From NCBI GenBank assembly GCA_963771465.1, contig CAVYTU010000009.1, positions 32,001 through 96,000 of the forward strand: a DNA stretch of 64,000 nucleotides, read 5' to 3'. This document shows, piece after piece, positions 8,843-18,681 of the stretch; within the stretch, counting starts at the first letter, position 1; the number at the start of each line of letters is the position of its first letter. The translations under genes and the position numbers were made by a program. Under the pieces are notes generated by a model. The model did no database searches, was not told where the DNA came from, and worked only from the letters and a program-made list of their open reading frames with translations. Source of the stretch: an uncultured delta proteobacterium (GTDB lineage Bacteria; Desulfobacterota; Binatia; UBA9968).

Positions 8843-9617
8843 GCGGTTCATCCTTACTATTCTCGACAATATCGTCGTCGATGACGACATGCTCGGCGGC
8901 CTCGTCCATCCCCGCCGCGGCTTCGATCATGATCGGGCCGGCCATTTCGTCTTGGAAGATGCGTATCGCTTGCACTTTGACCAGCTCCAGCATTGCCAAG
9001 AAGGTGACCACCACTTCGTTGCGGCTTTTGACCTCGGCGAACAGCGAGTCGAACAGGACGCTATTTTGTCGGCGTAGAAGGTCGAGCAAAAGCGTCATCT
9101 TCTCGCGCACGGTGATCTTGTCGAGGGTGATGTCGTGGAAGGTGTCTTTGGGCAGGCGGTCGATCACCCGCTTGAGCGCGCCCAGAAGCTCGAAAACCGA
9201 GAGCTCGCGAAAACCGCGCGGCCCAACTTCTTCGGTCGGCGGCGCCGCGCGGATGAAAACGTCGCGGGTCAAAATCTCGCGCTGGTCCAACTCTCCAGCG
9301 GCGTCCTTGTAGCGCTGATATTCCAGCAATCGCCGGATTAATTCCTCGCGCGGGTCGACGCCTTCTTCTTCATCCGGCTCATCCGCGCCGGCGGGTAAGA
9401 GCATGCGCGACTTGATGTGGACCAGAGTTGACGCCATGACGAGAAACTCGCCGGCGACGTCGAGGCTGAGAGTTTCCATCAGTTCCAATGTAGCCAAGTA
9501 CTGTTCGGTGATGGTCGCGATGGGAATGTCGGTGATGCTGACTTCATTCTTCTTGATCAGATGCAGCAAGAGGTCGAGCGGCCCCTCGAAGATAGGCAGT
9601 TGAACGTGTGTGCTCAC
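8832..9617 (-). CDS. scpA: segregation/condensation protein ScpA
   Basis: FEGPLDLLLHLI, FLVMASTL..IKSRMLLP, VVTFLAMLEL. Confidence 0.95.
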   Translation of the reverse strand: MSTHVQLPIFEGPLDLLLHLIKKNEVSITDIPIATITEQYLATLELMETLSLDVAGEFLVMASTLVHIKSRMLLPAGADEPDEEEGVDPREELIRRLLEYQRYKDAAGELDQREILTRDVFIRAAPPTEEVGPRGFRELSVFELLGALKRVIDRLPKDTFHDITLDKITVREKMTLLLDLLRRQNSVLFDSLFAEVKSRNEVVVTFLAMLELVKVQAIRIFQDEMAGPIMIEAAAGMDEAAEHVVIDDDIVENSKDEPHGT

Positions 9618-10591
9618 AGTCCCAGCGTTTCGCGTACTTCGGTCATCGTCTCAGTAGCCTGTTTTTGCGCTGCTTGATTGCCAGCGCGCAGAACTTCGTC
9701 GACTTCCCTCGGCTTGTTTTCATATTGCGCGCGCTTCTCGCGAAACGGCGCGAGATCGTCAATGACGTGCTTGATCATGATCTTCTTGCAGTCGAGACAA
9801 CCGATGCCGGCGCTGCGGCAGCCCGCCGACACCTCGGCGATCTCGCCCGGCGTGCAATAAATTTTGTGCAGCTGGAATGCCGGGCATTTCTCCGGCTCGC
9901 CCGGATCGGTGCGCCGGGCGCGCGCCGGATCGGTCATCATCCGGCTAATTTTCTGATCAATTTCTTTCGGCGTGTCGGAGAGAAACACCGCATTACCATA
10001 ACTCTTGCTCATCTTGCGGCCGTCGAGTCCCGGCAATTTCTGCGTCTCGGTCAGCAACACTTCCGGCTCGGGGAATATGGGTTTGTAAACTTGATTGAAC
10101 CGCCGCACAATCTCGCGAGTCAGTTCAACGTGCGGCGCCTGGTCGACGCCGACCGGGACTTTATTGGCCTTATAGATCGTGATGTCGGCCGCCTGCAAGA
10201 CCGGATAGCCGAGAAAACCGTAGGTCGATAAATCTTTGCCTGTAAGCTCTTTGATCTGCTCTTTGTAGGTTGGATTGCGCTCCAGCCAGGGCACCGGTGT
10301 GATCATCGAATAAATCAAATGAAGCTCGGCATGTTCTTTGATACGCGATTGGCGGAATAACACCGCTTTCGCCGGATCCAAACCGACGCTCAACCAATCC
10401 ATCACCATTTCCGTCGTGCTCTGATTGATGCCCTGCGGCGTGGCGTAGTCGGTCGTCAAGGCGTGCCAATCGGCGACAAAAAAATAGCAGCGATACTGCT
10501 CTTGCAGTCTCACCCAGTTTTTCAACGCGCCGTGCAGATGGCCGAGGTGCAGCCGACCGGTAGGCCGCGCGCCGCTAACGATAGTCTCCAT
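9614..10591 (-). CDS. trpS: tryptophanyl-tRNA synthetase
   Basis: PTGRLHLGH (HIGH), YPVLQAADI, VPVGVDQ, KMSKS. Confidence 0.97.
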   Translation of the reverse strand: METIVSGARPTGRLHLGHLHGALKNWVRLQEQYRCYFFVADWHALTTDYATPQGINQSTTEMVMDWLSVGLDPAKAVLFRQSRIKEHAELHLIYSMITPVPWLERNPTYKEQIKELTGKDLSTYGFLGYPVLQAADITIYKANKVPVGVDQAPHVELTREIVRRFNQVYKPIFPEPEVLLTETQKLPGLDGRKMSKSYGNAVFLSDTPKEIDQKISRMMTDPARARRTDPGEPEKCPAFQLHKIYCTPGEIAEVSAGCRSAGIGCLDCKKIMIKHVIDDLAPFREKRAQYENKPREVDEVLRAGNQAAQKQATETMTEVRETLGL

Positions 10592-10725
10592 ATCGCCTCA
10601 ATCTTAACGGGAATGTCCAAATGACGAGCGGCACTACGAATCCATTTCATGCCGTCTCGCCGGAATGTTGCACTAATAGAAATACGGCAAGGCACGGGAA
10701 AAGACAAGGCGTTACAGCCTCGGAA

Positions 10726-10805
10726 TTTTTCCCCGACGGTCACGAAGAAAACGGTGGCATCATTAAAATTTCGACCTTCGTGCTCTTCGTGTCCTTCGGG
10801 GTAAA
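10726..10805. repeat. REP-like imperfect palindrome (CACGAAG/CTTCGTG type)
   Basis: TTTTCCCCGACGGTCACGAAG ... CTTCGTGTCCTTCGGGGTAAA; related half-site CTTTGCGTTCTTTGCGG at ~11393. Confidence 0.6.
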
Positions 10806-10839
10806 GAGCGTCTTTTCATATTTATCGTGCTTAAGTCAC

Positions 10840-11373
10840 TTAAGGATCGTGATAATTGAGATCGTTGTGTTGGATCGTGTTCATGAAATAAAGCGCTAGC
10901 GAGCGATTGCTTCGCTCGGCGAGGGCAGCCAGTCGCGCCGCAGCCTCGCGGCGGCGATAGAACGACTGATAACCCTGCTGCTCGTAAGCCCGCTGTTGGG
11001 GCAAGCTGGATGCGAAGATGATACCCGCTTGAGTCGGGCGCAATTTTTCTGGCACCGCTTGGGCCAGCGGCAAGCCTTGACCGGCATTGTTGCCGATCAC
11101 GACGTAATCCACCGCGTCGTTTAGCTGCGCCAAAGTGCGCATGATACCCGCTAAGGATACCGCGTCCCAGTTTTTCATCTCGAATGTCCCCTGCTCCGGG
11201 GTCAGGAAGTTGGGATATCCCTTGGCGAACTGGAAAATTCCATCGTGTTGGACGATGCGCGTCCACGGCAGCGGCGGCTCGGTGACAAACTCGCCGACCG
11301 TCACTTCGTTATCTAGAATTAGCGCGACAAACTGCTCAGTCTTCGCCTGTTTAAGCTGTGTAGTTAGATCCAT
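10840..11373 (-). CDS. hypothetical protein
   Basis: GAAGGA SD, typical codon usage, 177 aa; no motif recognised. Confidence 0.75.
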   Translation of the reverse strand: MDLTTQLKQAKTEQFVALILDNEVTVGEFVTEPPLPWTRIVQHDGIFQFAKGYPNFLTPEQGTFEMKNWDAVSLAGIMRTLAQLNDAVDYVVIGNNAGQGLPLAQAVPEKLRPTQAGIIFASSLPQQRAYEQQGYQSFYRRREAAARLAALAERSNRSLALYFMNTIQHNDLNYHDP

Positions 11374-11424
11374 TTAGCATATTCCTTCCGAACTTTGCGT
11401 TCTTTGCGGCTCAATCCCATATTC

Positions 11425-12447
11425 CTAATCGTACAGACTCTTGATGAAGCCGCTGTCGTCGAGCGACTTCAAGATGCTCGGGTCACTGAATAACGTTGGA
11501 TCGGCTCCCTTGGCTTTAGGCGTTTCTCGGGCGATCGAATCGAGCACCGTCTTGATGCCGCTCGGCGAAGGATACGGAACGCGATCGAAATAGATATTGG
11601 CGTACTGCTCATAGGTGCGCTCGGCGTATTTTTCTTGGTCCGCCTCCATGCGCATCTTTTTGAGGATGATGCGAATGCTCTCCTTTTTATTGCGTTTAAA
11701 ATAGGCGATTGCTTCAACGTAGGCACGCATCACTCGCGTCGCCTGGTCGCGATTGGCGCGCAGATAGCTGCGCGTCGAAACCAACATGCTCTGGAGATAG
11801 TGAATATTCATCTTCGCCAAATCGGCCAACGCACGAAAGCCGTTATCTTCGGCGATAAAGTACGACGGATCGGTGAGCACGGCACCGTCGATCACTTTTT
11901 TTTGCAGGCTGATCAACATCGTCGGCGACGAGCCGATCTGCAGCACGTTCAAATCTTCCTGGCGCATGTTCCAATGGTTGAGCAGGATCGTCAGCACGGA
12001 ATGAGACGACGTGCCAAAAGCCGTGATACCGATGCGCTTGCCTTTAAGCGCTTCCGGCGTATCAATATCATGGCGAACTAACAGACGATGCACGCCCTTA
12101 TTGTTCAACGCCGCGATCATAACGACGTCCACACCCTTAAGGATTGAGCTGATCACCGGCCCGCCGCCTGCGGTGGCAAACTGAATATCGCCGGCGAGTA
12201 ACGCATTGACACTACGCGCCGCGCCGCCGCCGATAAAAATCGCTTCGACTTCTAGTCCATGCTTCTTGAAGAAGCCTCGCTCTTCAGCAACCCATATTGC
12301 GCTGTTGGTCGGACTGAACGCGCCCATGCCGATGCGAATCTTATCGAGGGCGAAAAGTGGATTGCTACAAATGATGAGATTGGCAATGATCGCTGCGAAA
12401 ATCGAAAGTCGTTGCATTTTAATCCGTGCGGCTAAATCGCGGGCCAT
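11425..12447 (-). CDS. ABC-type substrate-binding protein (NMT1/SsuA-like)
   Basis: signal peptide, WVAEERGFFKKHGLEV, LKGKRIGIT; start may be the ATG at ~12417. Confidence 0.88.
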   Translation of the reverse strand: MARDLAARIKMQRLSIFAAIIANLIICSNPLFALDKIRIGMGAFSPTNSAIWVAEERGFFKKHGLEVEAIFIGGGAARSVNALLAGDIQFATAGGGPVISSILKGVDVVMIAALNNKGVHRLLVRHDIDTPEALKGKRIGITAFGTSSHSVLTILLNHWNMRQEDLNVLQIGSSPTMLISLQKKVIDGAVLTDPSYFIAEDNGFRALADLAKMNIHYLQSMLVSTRSYLRANRDQATRVMRAYVEAIAYFKRNKKESIRIILKKMRMEADQEKYAERTYEQYANIYFDRVPYPSPSGIKTVLDSIARETPKAKGADPTLFSDPSILKSLDDSGFIKSLYD

Positions 12448-13145
12448 TCAGCAAGTAGTCGGCCATAACCCGAGATCGCCGCGCGCTGACCTAATTGAGA
12501 GAGAATATTCCAAAGCATCGCCGGGTTGCTGGCGACAGCAGTTGTCTTAAGATCGTTTTCAATCCTGTCCAGTACCGCGAGTGGGTCGAGCACCGCACCT
12601 TGAAAGTAGACGGCGTCGACACTGCCGGCTTCTTGCAGAGCTTCCTTCGTCAGATTGTAAACGGCTTCCGGTCCGAGTTGTCCGGCCTGGCCAATATCTG
12701 CGAAGGAACGCGGCGCGCTCACTTCGAAACCGGCAACGCCCAGATAATCTTCGATCATTCGATTCAAGCGGCTCTCAAACGGAGTCAACAGCAGCAGCCG
12801 CTTAGCCTGGTATGTTCTCAGTGCCGCTACCGATGCGCTGAGCGCCGTGGTCACGGGAATCGTGAGGGACGCTTTAAGATCGGCGAATAGGCCGGGATTC
12901 ATCACTTCTGTCGGTGCGCCGATGACGATGACTGCGTGCCATGGTTTGGCAAGTGCCAATTCGCCAATGCGAGAAACAATTTCCGCCTTCTTGCCGGTGA
13001 TCTCGTAAAGCGACTTGCCGTATAGATCCAATCCTTGAAAATCGAACTTCACGAACTCCGGAATCAACGCCCTGAAGCTATCGTAGTGCGGCCAGGTCGC
13101 CGGTCCGGGGCTGATGAAGCCAATGTTCAATTGCTGCGCTGCCAT
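12432..13145 (-). CDS. Asp/Glu racemase superfamily (maleate isomerase/arylmalonate decarboxylase-like) protein
   Basis: IPVTTALSASVAAL, LLTPF..RLN, AVASNPAMLW, GYGRLL; no Cys. Confidence 0.8.
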   Translation of the reverse strand: MAAQQLNIGFISPGPATWPHYDSFRALIPEFVKFDFQGLDLYGKSLYEITGKKAEIVSRIGELALAKPWHAVIVIGAPTEVMNPGLFADLKASLTIPVTTALSASVAALRTYQAKRLLLLTPFESRLNRMIEDYLGVAGFEVSAPRSFADIGQAGQLGPEAVYNLTKEALQEAGSVDAVYFQGAVLDPLAVLDRIENDLKTTAVASNPAMLWNILSQLGQRAAISGYGRLLAEWPAI

Positions 13146-13315
13146 TCGATCCTTCCGCAATCCGCTGCTGCCTGTTCTATAACCTACTACTGGCCAATTG
13201 GAAAATGATCGAGCACTTGTTGGTGCTGTTTCAGAAGCGAATGAACAAGGAACTTTTTTGATCTCAAAATCTTTAACGCTGTGCCGTGGGAAGCCAACGT
13301 TGATAAATAAATGGA

Positions 13316-14305
13316 TCACGCTCTTAGAGCCGGCAGCACTTCATTTCCCAAGAGATCGATCTGCTCGTACCAACGGCTGAAGCCCATCCTTAGGTCATAG
13401 ACGATGTGATCGGCGCCGCTCTTCTCGTAAACTCGCGACTGGCGGACAATATCGGCGGGTGTACCGGCGAGGATCACGCCGGCAATATCTTCCAGCGTCG
13501 AAAACTTGCCTGACGCCGGTTTCACCCAGGTCGAATAGTTGTGCGCTTCGTCGAGCAAACCTTTCACGTCGATGCCATCGAGCGCCGACTGCCGATCTTT
13601 TGCAACGCTCGTAAAGGGCATGACCGCTGTTTTCGCCATCGGTTTACCGGCTTGGCGGCAGCACTTTTGGAGATATTCGATGCGCGCGCTAAACGTCGCG
13701 AAGTTAATTCGCGCCGGCATCCAGCCGTCGCCCAACTCTACCGCCCGCCGGCAAGAAGCCGGCGTGCTGCCACCGATGTAAATGGGAATATGCGCTTTCG
13801 GCGTCGGCTTGAGTGCGACGTTGGCAAACTCAAAGTAGTCGCTACTGTGCGACAATTTTTCCCCAGACCAGAGCCGGCGGCAAATCTCGATATTCAAACG
13901 CAACAGTTTCGCGCGTTCTAGCAGTTCGCTGGGCCGTCCCGCCGCAGCGAACTCATGGGGAAATCCACCCAGCCCGAGGCCCATAATCACTCGCCCGTTT
14001 GAGATCGTGCTCAGTGCGGCAAACGATTGCGCCAGATGAATGGGATGGCGATGACAGATCGTCATCGCCGTGCCGAGAGTGAGTCGTTCGGTTACCGCTG
14101 CCACGGCCGACAACAACAGCAAACTTTCGATATGTGAGTTATCGCTGCCTTCACCAGGGTGCGGCCTGAAAACCAGATGATCCCGCGCCCACAAGCTATC
14201 GAAGCCGTAGGTTTCAGCGCGGCGCGCCCCTTCAAGACATTTTTCCAACGATGCCCACTCGCAGAAATGCGGCAGCAAGAGACCGAATGTCAGTTTGCTG
14301 CTCAT
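13316..14305 (-). CDS. LLM-class flavin-dependent oxidoreductase
   Basis: GFDSLWARDH, AAVTERLTLGT, SNGRVIMGLGLG, PIYIGG, GDGW. Confidence 0.92.
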   Translation of the reverse strand: MSSKLTFGLLLPHFCEWASLEKCLEGARRAETYGFDSLWARDHLVFRPHPGEGSDNSHIESLLLLSAVAAVTERLTLGTAMTICHRHPIHLAQSFAALSTISNGRVIMGLGLGGFPHEFAAAGRPSELLERAKLLRLNIEICRRLWSGEKLSHSSDYFEFANVALKPTPKAHIPIYIGGSTPASCRRAVELGDGWMPARINFATFSARIEYLQKCCRQAGKPMAKTAVMPFTSVAKDRQSALDGIDVKGLLDEAHNYSTWVKPASGKFSTLEDIAGVILAGTPADIVRQSRVYEKSGADHIVYDLRMGFSRWYEQIDLLGNEVLPALRA

Positions 14306-14354
14306 GGCTTGACGTTGCGCGGAAGGGACAAAGTGACCGAGGTAGGATAACGGG

Positions 14355-14879
14355 TCAGAAGTCGACGCGATATTCCGTGCCGGTTTGACTCTTACAGCGG
14401 CCAAAACCGTTGCCCGTGTAAGACGAACCGATGAGATAGCAGCCGAGAACGGAGCGCCGGTCGCCTTGCAACGAGGCGGTCCAATAAAAGAGCGGTCCGC
14501 TCACAGTCCGTGTCGGTTGTCCGGCGAAGCCGACGCTGGCGTCGGAATAGGCGGTCTCATGGAGGGCTGTCGAAGATGCCAGAAGTCCGCCGAACGAGTT
14601 GCCGTGACGCGACAGATCCGGACCTTCCAATTCGATGGTGCCGCGGCCAAAGGTTTTTTCATACCCTTCGGCAAACATCGTCCGATCCACGCGGATAAAT
14701 CGCCCCACCAGCACTTCATTTTCCGGACCCCGGATTTGCATCACGCCCGAGTCTTCTCTGCCGAAGCGATAGAGCCCGACAAACCTGTCGCCTTGCACCG
14801 ATGACATGGTCACTGGATAGCTGCACGAGGAAAGTCCCAGGGAGAAAATAAGACCTGATACTACACGGAGCGAACGCAT
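14355..14879 (-). CDS. hypothetical lipoprotein
   Basis: lipobox LSSC; C-terminal C...G.G.C motif. Confidence 0.7.
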   Translation of the reverse strand: MRSLRVVSGLIFSLGLSSCSYPVTMSSVQGDRFVGLYRFGREDSGVMQIRGPENEVLVGRFIRVDRTMFAEGYEKTFGRGTIELEGPDLSRHGNSFGGLLASSTALHETAYSDASVGFAGQPTRTVSGPLFYWTASLQGDRRSVLGCYLIGSSYTGNGFGRCKSQTGTEYRVDF

Positions 14880-15016
14880 GGCGAGAGTCTATCATGCTTT
14901 GGCGTCGAAGCTAAAGTAAAGTTGATAAATTCCCGCACGCCGATTGTTTACCAGATAATTTCTCATGTGATAGAAGTCGCTTCGGAGAAATAGTTCGGCA
15001 TACGGGAGTACTTTTA

Positions 15017-16144
15017 ATGTCAATCGGCCAGGGCATGGAAGCGTTAATGGCGGCGTTTCGTAAGACTACTTATTTCAAATGGATGGCCAAGGAGGCGATT
15101 CCGGTCATCGACGGCTTCGGCATCGAGGACGTGCGCGACGTCGCCGTTGCCCCTTGGTCACGCACAGGAGGCAAGGCAGCGTTTCTCAATCTCTACGGCA
15201 TGGAGGGTGTGACCGGTATGTACGTCGGCGAGATTGCCGCAGGCGGCGCACTGAAGCCGGAGAAACATTTCTACGAGGAAGTCATGGTCATTCTCGAAGG
15301 CCAAGGCGCCACGGAGATTTGGCAAGAGGGCGGCACCAAGCAGATGTTCGAATGGGGTCCGTGGAGTCTCTTCGCCCCGCCGCTCAATACCAACCATCGG
15401 CTGCTCAACGGCGGCCGCACGCCGGTAAAATATCTCGCCGTCACCAACGCGCCGCTGGTGATGGACATTGTTCACAACGAAGAATTTATTTTTGCTTGCC
15501 CGTACAATTTTTCCGACCGCTACGCTGCGGCGGACGGCTATTTCAATCAGGGACTCAAGCGCTATGAGTCCGGCATGCAGCATATCTGGGAGACCAATTT
15601 TATCAGCGACATCCAAACCGCCAACGTCGACAAGCGTGAAGTCAAAGGCGCCGGCGTAAGCATCACTCAATTTGAAATCGCCGGAAATAGTTTGATCGGC
15701 CATCTGGCCCAGTGGCCCGCGGCGCGCTATCACAAAGCGCACTACCACGGCGCTGGAGCAATTCTGCTCGGCCTGCAATCCTCCGGCTATGTTCTCCTTT
15801 GGTCAAAGGAGTCGGGCACCCATCCGTTTGAAGCCGGGCGCGCCGAAGATGTCGTCGAGATCAAATGGAAAGCCGGCAGCGTTTACTGCCCCGGCGGCGG
15901 CTGGTTTCATCAACACTTCAACACCGGCACCGAGCCGGCGCGCCATTTGGCGCTGCGCTATGGCAGCCGCATTCATCCCATCGGTTTCAAGATCGCCGAT
16001 AAGCGCAGCGAAGACGGCGTCTATATCGATGTCAAACAAGGCGGCACGCTGATCGAATACGCCGATGAAGACCCCTACATCCGCAAACATTACGAAGACG
16101 AGCTTAAGAAAGCCGGCGTGAAAAGCGCGATGCCGGCGGTGTGA
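15017..16144 (+). CDS. bicupin domain protein
   Basis: H.YEE...GQG.T and FAPPLN.NH in cupin 1; YHKAHYHG and WFHQHFN in cupin 2. Confidence 0.85.
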   Translation: MSIGQGMEALMAAFRKTTYFKWMAKEAIPVIDGFGIEDVRDVAVAPWSRTGGKAAFLNLYGMEGVTGMYVGEIAAGGALKPEKHFYEEVMVILEGQGATEIWQEGGTKQMFEWGPWSLFAPPLNTNHRLLNGGRTPVKYLAVTNAPLVMDIVHNEEFIFACPYNFSDRYAAADGYFNQGLKRYESGMQHIWETNFISDIQTANVDKREVKGAGVSITQFEIAGNSLIGHLAQWPAARYHKAHYHGAGAILLGLQSSGYVLLWSKESGTHPFEAGRAEDVVEIKWKAGSVYCPGGGWFHQHFNTGTEPARHLALRYGSRIHPIGFKIADKRSEDGVYIDVKQGGTLIEYADEDPYIRKHYEDELKKAGVKSAMPAV

Positions 16145-16284
16145 TCGATTCGTTAAAAGGTTAAAAGTTCAATTGACGTAGTGACGGTACGATTCGCTTG
16201 CACATGGAAAACCACAACCGCCGAAGCAGATTCGGCACAGCACCATCAGCCGTTGGGATAACGGTGGATGAAGGGAGGCTTATT

Positions 16285-17379
16285 ATGCTTAGAGCAATGT
16301 TTCTTGTCTTACTCCTGGCAACCGCTGCATCTGCTCAACAGAAGGGATGGGAAAAGGAATGGAACGAAACGCTTGCGGCGGCAAAAAAAGAAGGCAGAGT
16401 TGCGGTCGCTGGCTCGCCGGACCCGGTGATGCGCAATGATATTATTCCCAAGTTTACCTCCCGATTCGGGATTCAAGTTGAGTTCATTGCCGGCCGCGCG
16501 GTCCAGTACATCGCGAAAGTTCAAACCGAGCGCTCCGCCGGGATCTATTCCGTGGACATCTTTATGACGGGCGTGGATAGCACGGTCAACACACTCTACC
16601 CGGAAAAGCTGATCGATCCCTTGCGGCCGCTCATGATTCTTCCCGACGTGGTCGATCCCGGCAAGTGGAAAACCGGAAAGTTGTGGTTTACCGATCCGGA
16701 GGAAAAATTCGTCCTCCGGGTTTTTCGCTCCGTCAGTGGCCTTTTCTTCTATAATGCCGATCACGTGAAGGCCGAGGAACTTCGGTCATACAAAGACCTG
16801 CTCAATCCTAAATGGCGCGGCAAAATCTCGACCGATGATCCGATGGTAAACGGATCTGGGGCGGCCAACGCGGCAATGCTTTATATGGAACTCGGCGCAG
16901 ATTTCGCAAAGCGGCTCTACATCGATCAAAAGCTGGTCTTTTCTCGCGAACGGCGCCAGTACACCGATTGGCTGGCGCGGGGCACTTATCCGATTTGTTT
17001 AAACTGTCGCGATGACGACGTGAAACCGCTGCGCAAGGACGGCTTCAAACTCGTCGAGGTTTTTGAGATGTCAGACATAAGTCCCCGGGTGAACGGCTCG
17101 CCATGGCTCCTTACGGTCGCCAATAAGGCTCCGCACCCCAATGCGGCGCGCGTGTTTGCCAACTGGATTGCATCCAAAGAGGGGCTCGAAACCTACTCGC
17201 GAGGATACGGGGCTACCACTCTGCGCACGGATGCAGATGAATCGTTGCTAGAGCGTGGCACGGTGCCGCGTGCGGGGATCAAATATTTCGACGACACGGA
17301 ATGGCACTGGACTGTTAGTGGCCGAAGAGAAGCGCGCGAGAAGATGCAGCAATTGTTGAGAGAACACGGCAAGAAATAA
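16285..17379 (+). CDS. ABC-type extracellular solute-binding protein (Fe3+/thiamine-like fold)
   Basis: GGGAGG SD, signal peptide, AAAKKEG.V, DLLNPKWRGKI, APHPNAARVF.NW. Confidence 0.88.
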   Translation: MLRAMFLVLLLATAASAQQKGWEKEWNETLAAAKKEGRVAVAGSPDPVMRNDIIPKFTSRFGIQVEFIAGRAVQYIAKVQTERSAGIYSVDIFMTGVDSTVNTLYPEKLIDPLRPLMILPDVVDPGKWKTGKLWFTDPEEKFVLRVFRSVSGLFFYNADHVKAEELRSYKDLLNPKWRGKISTDDPMVNGSGAANAAMLYMELGADFAKRLYIDQKLVFSRERRQYTDWLARGTYPICLNCRDDDVKPLRKDGFKLVEVFEMSDISPRVNGSPWLLTVANKAPHPNAARVFANWIASKEGLETYSRGYGATTLRTDADESLLERGTVPRAGIKYFDDTEWHWTVSGRREAREKMQQLLREHGKK

Positions 17380-17464
17380 CCTCGCAAGTTGAAGTGACTT
17401 AGAAGCGTGATTTCAAGGCCGAAAGGAATTTACCAAAGCGGTTAGAGCTCATGTAAACAATCGA

Positions 17465-17740
17465 TCATTCGGCGATCCACCGGGAGATGATCGGCTTGGC
17501 GCGCCCGGTCGGGTGGGCCGGTTGGTGCGGCATGAAAAATGGCGTAGGCGCTTGACGCGCGACTGGATCGGTATCGGCCGTCGGATGATTCGGATGTTCA
17601 TTCACGGATATGGCGCGGCCGATCAACACTGCGCCGGCGTCGCCGTAACACCATCGGTCCAGCCACGAGCCTAAATTGTCCGCGGTTCGGAGTACCAATG
17701 ATTGCCGGAATAGTTGCCAGGGGATGAGAATTTTCTTCAT
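17465..17740 (-). CDS. possible hypothetical protein
   Basis: MKKILIPW... 91 aa; weak coding signal. Confidence 0.3.
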   Translation of the reverse strand: MKKILIPWQLFRQSLVLRTADNLGSWLDRWCYGDAGAVLIGRAISVNEHPNHPTADTDPVARQAPTPFFMPHQPAHPTGRAKPIISRWIAE

Positions 17741-17973
17741 GATATCGTTTCGGTTGTGGCTAAGAACTATCAAACCCCATGCCGGTGATTTCTCACATCG
17801 TGAGTCGACAATCGTTTCGTTAAACTCCCGGAAACGGTGAACAGGCGAAGGAATTACATGTCCAACTATTGAGACAAATCGCAGACTGGGCAAAAAGACC
17901 CGCTTGAGTCGTTGAACAAAGCGGACGACAGATGCAACCGATTCAAATCGCAGAGAGAATGCGATGGATGGAT

Positions 17974-18528
17974 TTAGGCGACTCGGCGGCTGCGGCGGAA
18001 ACGCATGCGCAGGGTCAGCTCGCGTAACTCTTCGATGGTAAGAGTTTCCGTGATCAGTTCCTTGGTCCCCGGTTCGTAACTCACGGTGACGTCGTTCTCG
18101 GTCCACGAAATTTGTAAGGAATGGGGCTCGACTCTATCCACGTGCCTTCCCAATGTGCGGAGCAACTGGGACAGGCGATGGGTCGCGTTGGCTTGAGAGG
18201 AGAAGCGTCGTCGCCGTTTTCGTCGTCCTTGAGCATCGAGCCACGATACGTAGCTCGGGACATAACGAAAGGAACCGTCCGGCTGCGCCAGCCCGTCACC
18301 CTTGCGCGCGCTGGTCGGCGACTCCCAGATTTTTTCCGAGAGACTCTTCTTGCGTGTGAATTGCTCCACGTCGGGAAGTTGATCGCTGCGCACGACGTAA
18401 TCTCGCCCATCTTTCACGATCTCGAAAGCACGCACCCCGAAAGCTTCCAGAGATTGTCCAATGGCTCTTAGTGGTTTTGCATGCGGCATCAGCGACCCCC
18501 TTTCGCTGTTGGCGAGATCGTCCGACAC
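17974..18528 (-). CDS. hypothetical protein with internal duplication (paralog of 22077-22544)
   Basis: LRAIGQSLE / LRTLGRHVD repeated units. Confidence 0.75.
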   Translation of the reverse strand: MSDDLANSERGSLMPHAKPLRAIGQSLEAFGVRAFEIVKDGRDYVVRSDQLPDVEQFTRKKSLSEKIWESPTSARKGDGLAQPDGSFRYVPSYVSWLDAQGRRKRRRRFSSQANATHRLSQLLRTLGRHVDRVEPHSLQISWTENDVTVSYEPGTKELITETLTIEELRELTLRMRFRRSRRVA

Positions 18529-18681
18529 CTACTGCACGCTCGTGGTGATAGATACCGTTTCACTGCTGCCTATTTTAGCCGCGTAGCAGCGGGCGAGCAA
18601 GACGCGCCGCCGCGAGTCTGGACAGAGATTCCCAATTGTTGTCAGCGCATGCCGGATCTTTCACCGGACGATGAACTATCG

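Noticed and set aside
17741-18106. 5' extension of the 213-aa ORF 17465..18106
   Set aside because: Overlaps a better-supported gene and reads as non-coding; only the part from ATG 17740 was kept, at low confidence.
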